From NCBI GenBank assembly GCA_021161675.1, contig JAGHAF010000107.1, positions 1-59,567 on the forward strand: a DNA stretch of 59,567 nt, in the 5' to 3' direction. Source of the stretch: Planctomycetota bacterium. Its GTDB lineage: Bacteria; Planctomycetota; Brocadiia; SM23-32. The notes under the pieces are model-generated. The model saw nothing but the letters and a program-made list of their open reading frames with translations. It was not told the origin of the DNA and did not search any database. Shown in pieces: positions 9,473 through 18,474 of the stretch. Numbering within the stretch: the first letter of the stretch is position 1; each line of letters opens with the position of its first letter. Made by a program: the position numbers and the translations under genes.

Positions 9473-10590
9473 CGGATATGCTGCTCCATCCGGGGCGGGC
9501 GCTGGATTCGCCCGAGAGGCTCCGGCATCGGCGACGGGCGGACAAGGCAGAGATGAACTACGGCGCCGTCCTTGACCAGGGCCGTTCCTCTTGAGACTTT
9601 AGTCCACGCGTCCAGCAGACGGCCCTGTCCCGGGGTCGCGCGCCAGGTGAATTTCGCCTGCAGCGCGCTTCTGAGGAATCGCTCGGCATCATCCCTGACG
9701 CCACCTGGCGGTCTTTCCTTGAGTTCGGCGGGTCCTGCGATGCAGTCCAGCGCGTAGGACTCCAGCAGGCGTCGGCGGTGTTTGCGGAAGACCTCCGGGT
9801 TGCAGAAGATGTCCGCGCCCACCACGCGCCGCCCGCGCGCCACGACCATCCCCACGGCCTTCGGCCCCCAGTAGTCGGCGAATGCCTCTCGATAGCCCTT
9901 CAGCTTGCGCTGGACGGGTTCCGCATTCTGGATCGCGTCGAGGTCCTCCGTGGGCGCAGCCCCCGGCAGTTTTTCCCGATAGCTGTGCACGCTGGCCCAG
10001 ACCTGCTCCTGCGCCAGGTTTTGCACCGCTGCCGTGCGCACGCCGAGCGCTGCAACGCTCCCTTCCCCTTCGAACCGGGATGTCCCGCCGCTCCAGCGCC
10101 CTTTCTCGATGCAGTAGACCGGCAGCTCCACCCGCCCGCTGTGGGGCGCGAGCAGGACGTCGTCGCGCAGCGTGCGGTTCTGTTTGCCGCCGGTGACCAG
10201 GCCCCCCGCCAGCAGCAGGACGGGTCCGTCCCCATTGTTCCGCGCCAGGAGGATGGGCACGCTGCCGCCGCCCTTCTCGGTGATCTGAAGCGTGCCCCGG
10301 CGGGTCGCCTCCTCTGCCGAAAGGTAGTCGGTCGCATCCTCGACGCGCCGCGTCTCCACCAGGAAGACGGTCAGCCCGCGGTAGGTGTGGCCCGGGCTTA
10401 CCTCGAGCCGCCGGACCAGGCGGATAATCGGGTTGTCAGGCATGAGCATTCCCGGAGGCGGGGACGGGCGGATGTCGGTTTGGGAGCTGGTTGCGTCTTT
10501 CCCCCCCTCGAGATACGCCCCGCTGGCGGCGGCCGCCGCCACCAGGCAGCCCGCTACCGCCACGATTGAGGCGAGAATTGCCCTTCGCAT
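9469..10590 (-). CDS. Secreted or lipoprotein-like hypothetical protein, partner of the upstream VIT-vWA gene
   Basis: Signal-peptide-like N-terminus MRRAILASIVAVAGCLVAAAAASG. AAGGGGGAG RBS. Starts 3 nt after the VIT-vWA stop. Contains LLLAGGLVTGGKQNRTLRDD..YCIEKGRW. Confidence 0.65.
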   Translation of the reverse strand: MRRAILASIVAVAGCLVAAAAASGAYLEGGKDATSSQTDIRPSPPPGMLMPDNPIIRLVRRLEVSPGHTYRGLTVFLVETRRVEDATDYLSAEEATRRGTLQITEKGGGSVPILLARNNGDGPVLLLAGGLVTGGKQNRTLRDDVLLAPHSGRVELPVYCIEKGRWSGGTSRFEGEGSVAALGVRTAAVQNLAQEQVWASVHSYREKLPGAAPTEDLDAIQNAEPVQRKLKGYREAFADYWGPKAVGMVVARGRRVVGADIFCNPEVFRKHRRRLLESYALDCIAGPAELKERPPGGVRDDAERFLRSALQAKFTWRATPGQGRLLDAWTKVSRGTALVKDGAVVHLCLVRPSPMPEPLGRIQRPPRMEQHIR

Positions 10591-10593
10591 TTT

Positions 10594-12864
10594 CTACTCC
10601 CCCTTGGTTTTGAAGAATTCCTTGATCTGGTCAGGCGTCATCCTCTCCTTGCCTTCCTCGGCGGTGACGACGAGGGCCTTCTGGCCGATGACAACGACGA
10701 CGTTCTCCCCGAGCGCCAGGTAATGGGTCAGATGCGGCAGGGCGTCCAGGAGGTTGAAGTATGCATCGCTGCCCCACTTGATCTTGAGGGTTTCCATCTT
10801 TTGCGTGAACGCGGTGTCCACGTAGCTCTGGCCGAGCCGCGCGAAGGTTTTCTCTCCAACGCGATGCACGGTCGCCTGCTGGGCGCCTTCGGACACGACC
10901 TCGGCGGCCTTCCAGTCTTTGAGCTTTCTGCTGAAGGCCACGGCCTCGCCGCCGCCGACGCGCGCCGGGGCGCTCGAGGGGGCCAGCATCCGGTATTCGC
11001 GTTTGAGGGCATCCGCCCGATCCCGGGCTTCGGCGACGGGCCGGGCCATTTCCCCCCTGCTTTCGACCGGGACGCTGAGACCTCTGAGCCTCTGCTGCAC
11101 ACCGTTGCTGAGGATGCCGTGCCGCCGGTATGCCTCTTCGTTCTCCAGCACGAGATAGGAAGTGTAGGGGGTGGCTATACCGTATTCCTTGCTGAGGCGC
11201 ACGACCTCGTCCGTCAGTTCCTTCGACTCGCCGTGCAGCCTTATCTGGTCCAGCAGGTAGCCGATCTTGCGGCGCGCCCAGAGCTGGGGCAGGAACGCGT
11301 TGTCGGCCTCCTTCTTCGGGAAGGTGGCGTCGTAGATGAAACGCTTGTTCTGTCCCTGGATCGTGCCGCTGAGCCGCAGCGCAGTGTCTCCGGCGCCCGA
11401 GTAGCGGCCGAACGCCACCACCTGGCTGCCGCGGAACAGGTCGGGCAGATGCGGCGGATAGACGTCCCTGACCTCCACGTCTCCGTAGCGGAGCTTCAAG
11501 TTGGCCATGACGGGATAGCTGACCTTTCGGAAGAAGCTGGATATTTTTTCCTCGATCTGTCGGCCCGGCGCCACGTATTCGCTGTAGCCGCGGGTAGTTT
11601 CGGCGATGCGGTCCAGGAGCGGCACGTTCAGGTTCTGCGCTATGCCGAACGTGAAGACGCGGGTGTTGGACTGATTGGTCTCTTCGACTTTCGCTATGAT
11701 CTTGTCCGGCGTCTTGATTCCAACGGTCGGTTTGCCGTCGGTGACCAGCACGATCAGGTAGGGCCTCTCGCCCTTGGGGGCCATGCGGAGGGCTTCGAGG
11801 GTGGCGCCGCACAGGTCCGTGCCGCCGCGGGCCTCGAGGCCGTCCACCGTCTGCACCGCCTCCTCGACGGCCTCTTTCGTGGCCTTCCGAAGCCCCTCCC
11901 CATGGACGTCCACCGCGCTGCTGAACGTTATCAGCGCAAAACGATCGGCCGGATTCAGCGCCTTCAGGCAAAACTTGACCGCCTCGCGGGCGCTCTGGAT
12001 GCGGTTTTCCTCCTGCATGCTGCCGCTGGTGTCAATGACGAAGCAGACGTCCTTGGCCATGACCTTTTTCTGGGAGAGTTCCACGCGCGGGGAGATCATC
12101 AGCGCGAAGAAGCCGTCCTGGCCCTCCAGGCGGTGCGTGAGCAGGTTGAGCCCGAAGTCCCCCTTGCTGACGGTGTAGAAGAGGCGGAAGTCCTTGTCCA
12201 GGCGCGCGCCCTCCTGCTCGAAGCCGACCACTGCGTGGTGGTCGCTCTTGCGGCTGACGCCCACGTCGTGGCTCGGGCAGTAGACGCTCTTGATCGGCTG
12301 CTTGCTGTGTATGTCAACGGTGAGGGTGAAATCCTCGAGCACCTTCGATGCCTTATTGCCGGTCTTCAGCGGGAAGGTGTAGTCGTAGACCCCGCTGTCG
12401 AACGGTATCTGGTTCGTGTAGGAGACCTCCACCTTCACGGGCTTGTTGGGCAGAATGGGGAAGACGCGCATCTTCAGCAGGTTCGAGTCGAGGTATTCCA
12501 GCAGGCCGGGGTCGCGCATGCGCCGCACGATGTCTTCGTAGATGCGGCGGGCCTTCTCGGCCTTCACGATCTGGCCGCTCTGGCGCCTGCCGTCTATGAA
12601 CATGGCGAAGTCCGTGAGCGCGGCGCCCTTCGGGATGGGAAAGATGAAGGTGGCCTCCAGCCGGCGGTTTGTGGAGTTGAGGAACACCTCTTCGACCTTC
12701 GTCGTCGCCACGCCGTCTTGTATCTGCGCATTGACCCTGTGGCTGCGGATTGCCAGCGGAGGAAGGCCCTGCTGATCGGGCACGAGTATGCCGGTTGCCC
12801 CCGCAATCCGGCATATGGCAATGGCGGCCACCGCCACCAGGACGAACAGTTTTGCGCGTTGCAT
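10594..12864 (-). CDS. Secreted VIT domain plus von Willebrand factor A (vWA) domain protein
   Basis: The signal peptide MQRAKLFVLVAVAAIAICRIAG follows the ATG at 12864, with RBS AAGGGAG; the track ORF starts at a GTG at 12882. VIT-like N-terminus: SHRVNAQIQDGVATTKVEEVFLN. vWA MIDAS motif: DVCFVIDTSGSM. Confidence 0.85.
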   Translation of the reverse strand: MQRAKLFVLVAVAAIAICRIAGATGILVPDQQGLPPLAIRSHRVNAQIQDGVATTKVEEVFLNSTNRRLEATFIFPIPKGAALTDFAMFIDGRRQSGQIVKAEKARRIYEDIVRRMRDPGLLEYLDSNLLKMRVFPILPNKPVKVEVSYTNQIPFDSGVYDYTFPLKTGNKASKVLEDFTLTVDIHSKQPIKSVYCPSHDVGVSRKSDHHAVVGFEQEGARLDKDFRLFYTVSKGDFGLNLLTHRLEGQDGFFALMISPRVELSQKKVMAKDVCFVIDTSGSMQEENRIQSAREAVKFCLKALNPADRFALITFSSAVDVHGEGLRKATKEAVEEAVQTVDGLEARGGTDLCGATLEALRMAPKGERPYLIVLVTDGKPTVGIKTPDKIIAKVEETNQSNTRVFTFGIAQNLNVPLLDRIAETTRGYSEYVAPGRQIEEKISSFFRKVSYPVMANLKLRYGDVEVRDVYPPHLPDLFRGSQVVAFGRYSGAGDTALRLSGTIQGQNKRFIYDATFPKKEADNAFLPQLWARRKIGYLLDQIRLHGESKELTDEVVRLSKEYGIATPYTSYLVLENEEAYRRHGILSNGVQQRLRGLSVPVESRGEMARPVAEARDRADALKREYRMLAPSSAPARVGGGEAVAFSRKLKDWKAAEVVSEGAQQATVHRVGEKTFARLGQSYVDTAFTQKMETLKIKWGSDAYFNLLDALPHLTHYLALGENVVVVIGQKALVVTAEEGKERMTPDQIKEFFKTKGE

Positions 12865-13002
12865 ATTCGCTCCCTTCGTCACAGATTAACTCTTCGCTTA
12901 TGGCTGGGAACCGGCAGCAGCCCTTGCAACCGTCTTCTGCCCTATTAGACGCGCGGGCGCCGCCGAATGTTCGCCGCAGCCGCCAAAAGGCGCCACATGG
13001 GC

Positions 13003-13030
13003 TTGACAGCCCGCAAGCGTTTGGTATCGT
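13003..13030 (+). promoter_or_regulatory. Candidate promoter for the 13078 ORF
   Basis: TTGACA (13003-13008), 16-nt spacer, TATCGT preceded by TGG (extended -10-like). Confidence 0.35.
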
Positions 13031-13077
13031 GGCGCCGATCATTAGTCTGTTCACTTTGACGAAGGGGAAGCGCCGTC

Positions 13078-15246
13078 ATGAGCGCCCGGGAAACCACCAT
13101 CTCGAACGAGTCCCTCTCGCTCACTGTTGATGAAATGGGCAGGCTCGTCAGCCTTAAGAACCTCGAAACGGGGACGGAGTTCATTACGCACGCGCAAGCG
13201 GCCGAAGGCTGGCGAATCGTGGCGCCGGCGGGACGGTATCGCCTGGCGATCACCCACGCGTCGGAACAGAAGGACGCGCCGACGATTGCTGTAGAACAGA
13301 GCGAGGGTGGCCGGCGGCTGACAATCAGCTATGAAAGAATCTGGTTCGACAACGATAACAAACTGCGCATCAACCAGGAAAACCGATATCTGGACGTCAG
13401 GGCGAAGTTCGTCCTTACCATGCCCGATGACGCATCCGAGGTGAGTGCCACGATCGAACTCGACAACCGGAGCGAATGCGCGGTTGACGAGGTCGAGTTC
13501 CCGGTGCTGGCCGGCATGGGCGGCCTGGGAGAGAAGAAAGACTTCACCCTGTTCGAATACGGCAGTTATGCCGTGAAATGCGAAGACATCATTGAGAATG
13601 GCCTGCCGAATACGGGAGAGGAATCCGATCACTACGGTCGGGCCGTCCAGACCTGCATGTTCCCTACCATGCGTCTGGTCGGGGCCGAGGGGCATCACAC
13701 AACCGATCGCGGCGTCTGGCAGGACCTCTACGGCGAGGAGGAGGGTATCTATTTCGGCTATCACTGCCCGGAAATGACAAGGTTCGCGGCCAAGTTCGAG
13801 CATTTCCCCAAAGAGCACACGAATTGGCCCTCTCAGCATGACACCCCCCCCGATCATCCACGATACATCAGCTATTGGGGCCTGCACATGCCCCGGCTTC
13901 AGCCCGGGGAGCAGTGGTCGTCGCCCCCGGTGGTGGTCATGCCGCACCGGGGCCGGTGGCACGCCGGCGCAGAACGCTTCTCCGCATACTACAGGAGCGT
14001 CGGCTACGGCATCTGCAAGTCGCCTTCGTGGATGGAGAACTTCACGGGCTGGACGATCCTGCTGGGCAACACCTACATCGGCGAAATCTACCACGACTAC
14101 AAGAGCTGCGCCGACGAGATGATAAAGGACGCCGAGGTCACGGGGCTGAAGACGGTTTTCTACTACGGGCACACCAAACTCGGGGCGGAAGGGGCCGATT
14201 TCGACTGGGGACCGGCCGACGAGTTGGGAGGAGATGAGGGGTTCCGCAAGATGGTCGTGCGCCTGCATGCGGCCGGTCTAAGAATCATTCTGCTCGATCA
14301 CTTGCATCGCTACGTCAACAGCGAAATCCCGGAATTCACGGACCTGAACCTGGCGAAGTACCAGGTCGTTGAGCGCAATGGTCTTCCCGTCAGGCCGCGA
14401 TGGTGGAAAGAAACCGGACTCTCCTGCCTGTATCGCGAAGGCCCCACGCCGGCCTGGGCGGAGATGTGTCCGTATTGTGAAGAGTGGCAGGACATCTACC
14501 TCGACCACCTCGATCAAATGATAGAACTCGGAGTGGACGGCCTCGAGCTGGACTGCTTCAGCCCCACGTTCTGCCATGCCAAGGGGCACGGTCATGAGCC
14601 CGGGGCATGCACTGAAGGGCGGCAGCTTGAATTGCTCAAGAGAATCCGCGGGCACGTCGAAGAGCGTCAGCCGGAGTTCGCCATTATCCTTGAAACAGAC
14701 CGCGTCTTCACGCGCCAGTATGCCGACGGGTGGCTCTACCGTCTTGTGTCCGAGGAAAAGGACAAGGCCCTGCGGTTCATGTTCCCGGAAGTGCACAACC
14801 TGGTGGCCATGATTGGCAATTATGCGTATGATCGTGTGAACTACACGCTCCAGCTCGGCGTTGGCATTGACGTTCAGGTCAGCGGCATCAGGGCCACGGC
14901 GCTGAGGGCCTGTCCCGAGCTTGCGGAATACATCGGCGAGGTCAATCGTTTCAAGCTCAAGCACGCCGACATCTTCCTGGGTGGGACTTTCCGGGACGTT
15001 CTCGGCGCCGCTGTCCAGGCCGAAGACCTCCAGTATTCCGTCCTCCTCGGCGAGGACGGCCGCAAGGCCCTCGTGCTCAGGAACAACAGCGGTGAGCCGC
15101 AGGAGATCGAAGCCGGCTTCGAAGAGGCCCGAGAGGACAAGCGTCTCGTCCTGTGGCGCCCGTTCGCGGGTGAGAAGGCCGTCGCGTCCCAACCCGTGAA
15201 ACTCACGCTCCAGAACCACGAGGTGGCGGCGATCCTCCAGGTGTGA
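13078..15246 (+). CDS. Large hypothetical protein, possibly a TIM-barrel glycoside-hydrolase-like enzyme
   Basis: 722-aa cytoplasmic-looking ORF. The segments GLRIILLDH, GVDGLELDCFSP and FAIILETD resemble beta-strand-end motifs of (beta/alpha)8 glycosidases. The assignment is weak. Confidence 0.55.
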   Translation: MSARETTISNESLSLTVDEMGRLVSLKNLETGTEFITHAQAAEGWRIVAPAGRYRLAITHASEQKDAPTIAVEQSEGGRRLTISYERIWFDNDNKLRINQENRYLDVRAKFVLTMPDDASEVSATIELDNRSECAVDEVEFPVLAGMGGLGEKKDFTLFEYGSYAVKCEDIIENGLPNTGEESDHYGRAVQTCMFPTMRLVGAEGHHTTDRGVWQDLYGEEEGIYFGYHCPEMTRFAAKFEHFPKEHTNWPSQHDTPPDHPRYISYWGLHMPRLQPGEQWSSPPVVVMPHRGRWHAGAERFSAYYRSVGYGICKSPSWMENFTGWTILLGNTYIGEIYHDYKSCADEMIKDAEVTGLKTVFYYGHTKLGAEGADFDWGPADELGGDEGFRKMVVRLHAAGLRIILLDHLHRYVNSEIPEFTDLNLAKYQVVERNGLPVRPRWWKETGLSCLYREGPTPAWAEMCPYCEEWQDIYLDHLDQMIELGVDGLELDCFSPTFCHAKGHGHEPGACTEGRQLELLKRIRGHVEERQPEFAIILETDRVFTRQYADGWLYRLVSEEKDKALRFMFPEVHNLVAMIGNYAYDRVNYTLQLGVGIDVQVSGIRATALRACPELAEYIGEVNRFKLKHADIFLGGTFRDVLGAAVQAEDLQYSVLLGEDGRKALVLRNNSGEPQEIEAGFEEAREDKRLVLWRPFAGEKAVASQPVKLTLQNHEVAAILQV

Positions 15247-15618
15247 CGGGAAAGGGTGAAAGCAGGTGACCAACGGGGCGCACGGGCCGGCCTCATGTGA
15301 GCGGCGAGCGTCCTGTGTTTGGCGTCCCGTTCAACGAGAACACTTTGCAGGCAACGGCGCCGTAGGCGTGGAAATATAAAGAGACCATCGCGGGCGCAGA
15401 ATGCGGGATAAATTGTGAAGTTTGACCGCTGTGGCGCGCATCAATCTAAGCGGCAACGGCACAAAGGGAGAACGGTATAATCACTGGCTTTCCCCACGTA
15501 ACGTCGCGCTTGTCGTGCCGTAATGGTCTATTTCTGTGGATTCCCGCTTTTTTTGCGGGACATAGGGGACTCTGGGGACACATCAAATCCTGAAAACGAA
15601 TACAATAGGCTTACGCCA

Positions 15619-15705
15619 AAGGATGAAAGCACCGCGAGCGGCGAAGGATGAAGGACGAAGGATGAAATGAACGGCAACGGCAGAAGCAACGGCAGAGGCA
15701 AAACG
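15619..15705. repeat. Copy of the dispersed purine-rich repeat family (one arm only)
   Basis: aaggatgaaagc..gcgaaggatgaaggacgaaggatgaaatgaacggcaacggcagaagcaacggcagaggcaaaacg shares the GAAGGATGAAGG and AACGGCA units with the other copies. Confidence 0.6.
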
Positions 15706-15746
15706 TTCAGAGGTGGCGGCACGGCGCGCTGTGCCCTCGTTGCCCG

Positions 15747-15791
15747 ATGTCCGCTATGTCCTCAATGTCCGCTATGTCCGTTATGTCCCGA
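15747..15791. repeat. Tandem repeat, 9 bp x 5 (ATGTCCGCT-like)
   Basis: atgtccgct atgtcctca atgtccgct atgtccgtt atgtcccga. Confidence 0.8.
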
Positions 15792-15892
15792 AACGACTGT
15801 CAGACCGGGCCGATTGCAAAACGAACCCATTCTGTAGTATCTCCGCGCGAGGAGAGCGGTTGCGAGCCCATTCAAAACGTGGGGAACCGCAG

Positions 15893-15928
15893 TCCCATCC
15901 CGCAAAGTCGAAGCGGCGCGGGATGGGA
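15893..15928 (+). other. Stem-loop in the leader of the 15962 ORF
   Basis: A perfect 11-bp inverted repeat, tcccatcccgc (15893-15903) / gcgggatggga (15918-15928), with a 14-nt loop, 34 nt upstream of the ATG. Confidence 0.4.
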
Positions 15929-15961
15929 GCGAAATCTTACTGTTGCTGAAAGGTCAGCATT

Positions 15962-18466
15962 ATGAGCCAGGCCAGCGAAGAATGGACGTTTGAGAAGGCG
16001 AAGAAGATCTGGCAGCCGATGACCAAAGCGGTCCAGCACGTCGGCGTGCCGGGATACGAGTTCCAGACGGGCGTGATGTGGAACGGTTCACTCCTTATCG
16101 GCCCGACGAGCTTTCTCGACCTGGAGGGCATGCGCAAGGAGCTCGAGTACCTCGAGATGGGAGACCACTTCCTCTTTGTCACGGTCGGTTACGGCAACCC
16201 GATGAGGGTTTTCGATCGCAGTGGCATAGGAACCAGCACGTTCAAGCGCTACCTGGAGGACGGACACCTGCCAATCCCACACCTCGTGCTGCAAGACGCT
16301 GACCTCAGATGGCATCAGAGGGTGTTCGCGCACCTGCTCGAGCACGACCCGGCGGACGGTATGAGTCCCAAACCAGAGCACTGCCTGGTCGCCCATTCGA
16401 GATTTGAAGTGCAGAGCACGGGCGCAGAGCGACAAACTGCAAGGCTCTGGCTGCACTTCGGCGGTACGGAAGGGGTAGCGCTGGGCTACAAGCCACGGGT
16501 CGCTCCGGAGTTCACGGACGCGCTGGCGCACGAGTACGTGGCCCCGTTCGGGAAAGTGGATGGGAAGGTGCGCTACTGCGTCCCGTCTCCTGAAAAGGGC
16601 GAGATCGTAGTCCACGACGAGCTCGACTCCGTTCGAGGGGTTGGAGGCGCCGCAGAGAAGGTCATGGAGTGGCGGGTCGATCTCGAGCCGGGCGAGTCGG
16701 CGGCGCTGAAGCTCATCCTCCCCTACAGGCTCCTTTCGGAAGAGAAAGGCAGGCTCCTGGCCCAGCTCGACGACGAGAAGCTCTTTGAAGAGGTGAAGGC
16801 GTTCTGGCGGGAGGTGACTGAATCCCACGGTTCGATAACAACGCCCGACCCGTTCGTGAACGATTACGTCGCCGCGATCGCCGGCCAGATGGCCCAGCAG
16901 GTCGCCTGCCGGCAGGCGGCGAACATCTGGATGTACAAGACCAGCCCGAACCACTACGAGGGATACTGGCCCTGCAACGGCGCAAAGGCGCTGCCCGCTT
17001 TCGACCTGAGGGGGCTGAGGAAATACTCCGAACCTGTGCTTCAGAGCTTCGTTGACATCCAGTCCGATGACATTGGCGGCCTCGATAGAACCGCGATGGG
17101 GGGCGGAGAGAAGCTCGAAGGCGAACAGTACGACAAGAAACACGGCTTCATGGGCCTCTTCCCCGGATGGACGGCCAACCCGCTGCTGCTGAGCCACGGG
17201 CTCGGCATGTGGGCGCTGGCGACCCATTACAGGATCTACCGCGACGGCGAGTGGCTTGGCGAAGGGCCTGGCTCGCCCTTGCAGGCGCTTCTGGACGCGT
17301 TTGACTGGATCACCCACCAGCGCAAGGCGACCATGCGGGAGGAAGACGGCGAAAGGGTTCCGCAGTACGGCCTCCTGCCCCCCGCCTCCGCACACGACTG
17401 GTGCGCGGGATATGCCATAACTAACGACGCTTCCTGTATTTACGGTATGATTGAGACCGTCCGGCTCCTGCGCGAGCTCGCTCATCCCAGGGCCGAGGAG
17501 CTGGCCGGTGAGCTTGCGAGTTATCGCAAGGACTTCCGCGAAGCATACGTCAGGGCGCGCGACAGGGCCCAGAGCGTCCCACAGGCCGACGGCTCCGAGC
17601 TGCCCTACGTCCCGCGCGACGTTACGGAGATGGACTGGCGGGACGTAGACTGGACGATAACAGTGCTTGGACCCATGCGCGCAGGGAGTTGGGGCGCGTT
17701 CGACCCCCAGGACGAGTTGGTGGACCAGGCGCTCGCCTTCATCAAAGGCGGCATGCCAAAGGGCGAAGGGATATACATGATCAATGATCCTGATCCGGCG
17801 GGCCCTGGCGGCAACACGCATTCGCTGCTCATCGAAAGCGCCGACGCCAACTTCATGGACACATCGGGCCCTAAAGCCCCGGACAGGCACTACCATTGGA
17901 AACACTACGTAGAGTACGAAACCATGTGGCCTGTCGGCACGGATTTCTTCCTCCAGCGTGACGACATCGACGGCTTCTTCGAATGGCTTTTCAACAACCT
18001 CGCCGTGGTCCTGCACCACGACTGGCGGGTCGGAGTGGAATCGCTCGACGGCGTGCCCTCGTGCGCCCCCGGCGACGGGGAGCGCTGGCAGGCGATCCGC
18101 AACATGTTCGTCAACGAACGCGGTGGATATGATGGCTCAGGGCAATCGCTCTGGCTCTTGCAGGCCATCCCGCGCTGCTGGCTCAGGCCCGGCGACCGCC
18201 TCTCCGTCAAGCGGATCCGGTCGCGGTTCGGGGGGCCCGTTGACCTGGAGCTCGCCGTCGCCGACGACGGGGGCGTGGAGGTGTCAGCATCGTTTGACTT
18301 CGAGGTCCTGCCGGCTGAGATCAGGATGAGGCTCAGATCGGGCAGCGGCAGGCGGTTCGCCTCCGCAACCATAAACGGGGAGAGCGTGGCGGTGGCGGAT
18401 GACGATACCATCCAACTTCCCCGGCAGAAGAAGGGCAATTACATAATAAAGGGCAATTTCCAATAA
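15962..18466 (+). CDS. Large hypothetical protein, possibly an (alpha/alpha)6-barrel glycoside-hydrolase-like enzyme
   Basis: An 834-aa ORF with no signal peptide and Trp/aromatic-rich segments (GLFPGWTANPLLLSHGLGMWALATHYRIY). The fold assignment is only an impression. Confidence 0.55.
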   Translation: MSQASEEWTFEKAKKIWQPMTKAVQHVGVPGYEFQTGVMWNGSLLIGPTSFLDLEGMRKELEYLEMGDHFLFVTVGYGNPMRVFDRSGIGTSTFKRYLEDGHLPIPHLVLQDADLRWHQRVFAHLLEHDPADGMSPKPEHCLVAHSRFEVQSTGAERQTARLWLHFGGTEGVALGYKPRVAPEFTDALAHEYVAPFGKVDGKVRYCVPSPEKGEIVVHDELDSVRGVGGAAEKVMEWRVDLEPGESAALKLILPYRLLSEEKGRLLAQLDDEKLFEEVKAFWREVTESHGSITTPDPFVNDYVAAIAGQMAQQVACRQAANIWMYKTSPNHYEGYWPCNGAKALPAFDLRGLRKYSEPVLQSFVDIQSDDIGGLDRTAMGGGEKLEGEQYDKKHGFMGLFPGWTANPLLLSHGLGMWALATHYRIYRDGEWLGEGPGSPLQALLDAFDWITHQRKATMREEDGERVPQYGLLPPASAHDWCAGYAITNDASCIYGMIETVRLLRELAHPRAEELAGELASYRKDFREAYVRARDRAQSVPQADGSELPYVPRDVTEMDWRDVDWTITVLGPMRAGSWGAFDPQDELVDQALAFIKGGMPKGEGIYMINDPDPAGPGGNTHSLLIESADANFMDTSGPKAPDRHYHWKHYVEYETMWPVGTDFFLQRDDIDGFFEWLFNNLAVVLHHDWRVGVESLDGVPSCAPGDGERWQAIRNMFVNERGGYDGSGQSLWLLQAIPRCWLRPGDRLSVKRIRSRFGGPVDLELAVADDGGVEVSASFDFEVLPAEIRMRLRSGSGRRFASATINGESVAVADDDTIQLPRQKKGNYIIKGNFQ

Positions 18467-18474
18467 AGGCAGCC

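Noticed and set aside
10723-12948. Very long antisense ORFs opposite well-supported genes (10723-12948, 16088-18019, 32081-34216, 49091-50776, 23796-25616, 13051-14268, 28224-29270, 29361-30815, 40151-41398 and many shorter ones)
   Set aside because: These are typical stop-codon-poor shadow frames of GC-rich DNA. Their translations are Arg/Ala/Gly/Pro-rich with no motifs, while the opposite strand encodes clearly recognisable proteins (VIT-vWA, LigA, EF-G, ClC, LpxC/FabZ and others).
15528-15722. 64-aa Pro/Leu-rich ORF (MPPPLNVLPLPLLLPLPFISSF..) in the noncoding island
   Set aside because: It is the reverse-strand translation of the purine-rich repeat arm. It has no RBS, and similar pseudo-ORFs arise at other repeat copies.
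15747-15791. Tandem repeat considered as a possible CRISPR or minisatellite-coded peptide (MSAMSSMSAMSVMS)
   Set aside because: The units are 9 bp and directly abutting with no spacers, and there is no cas gene in the window. The ORFs reading through it (15713-15949, 15747-15965) have no RBS and are repeat translations.
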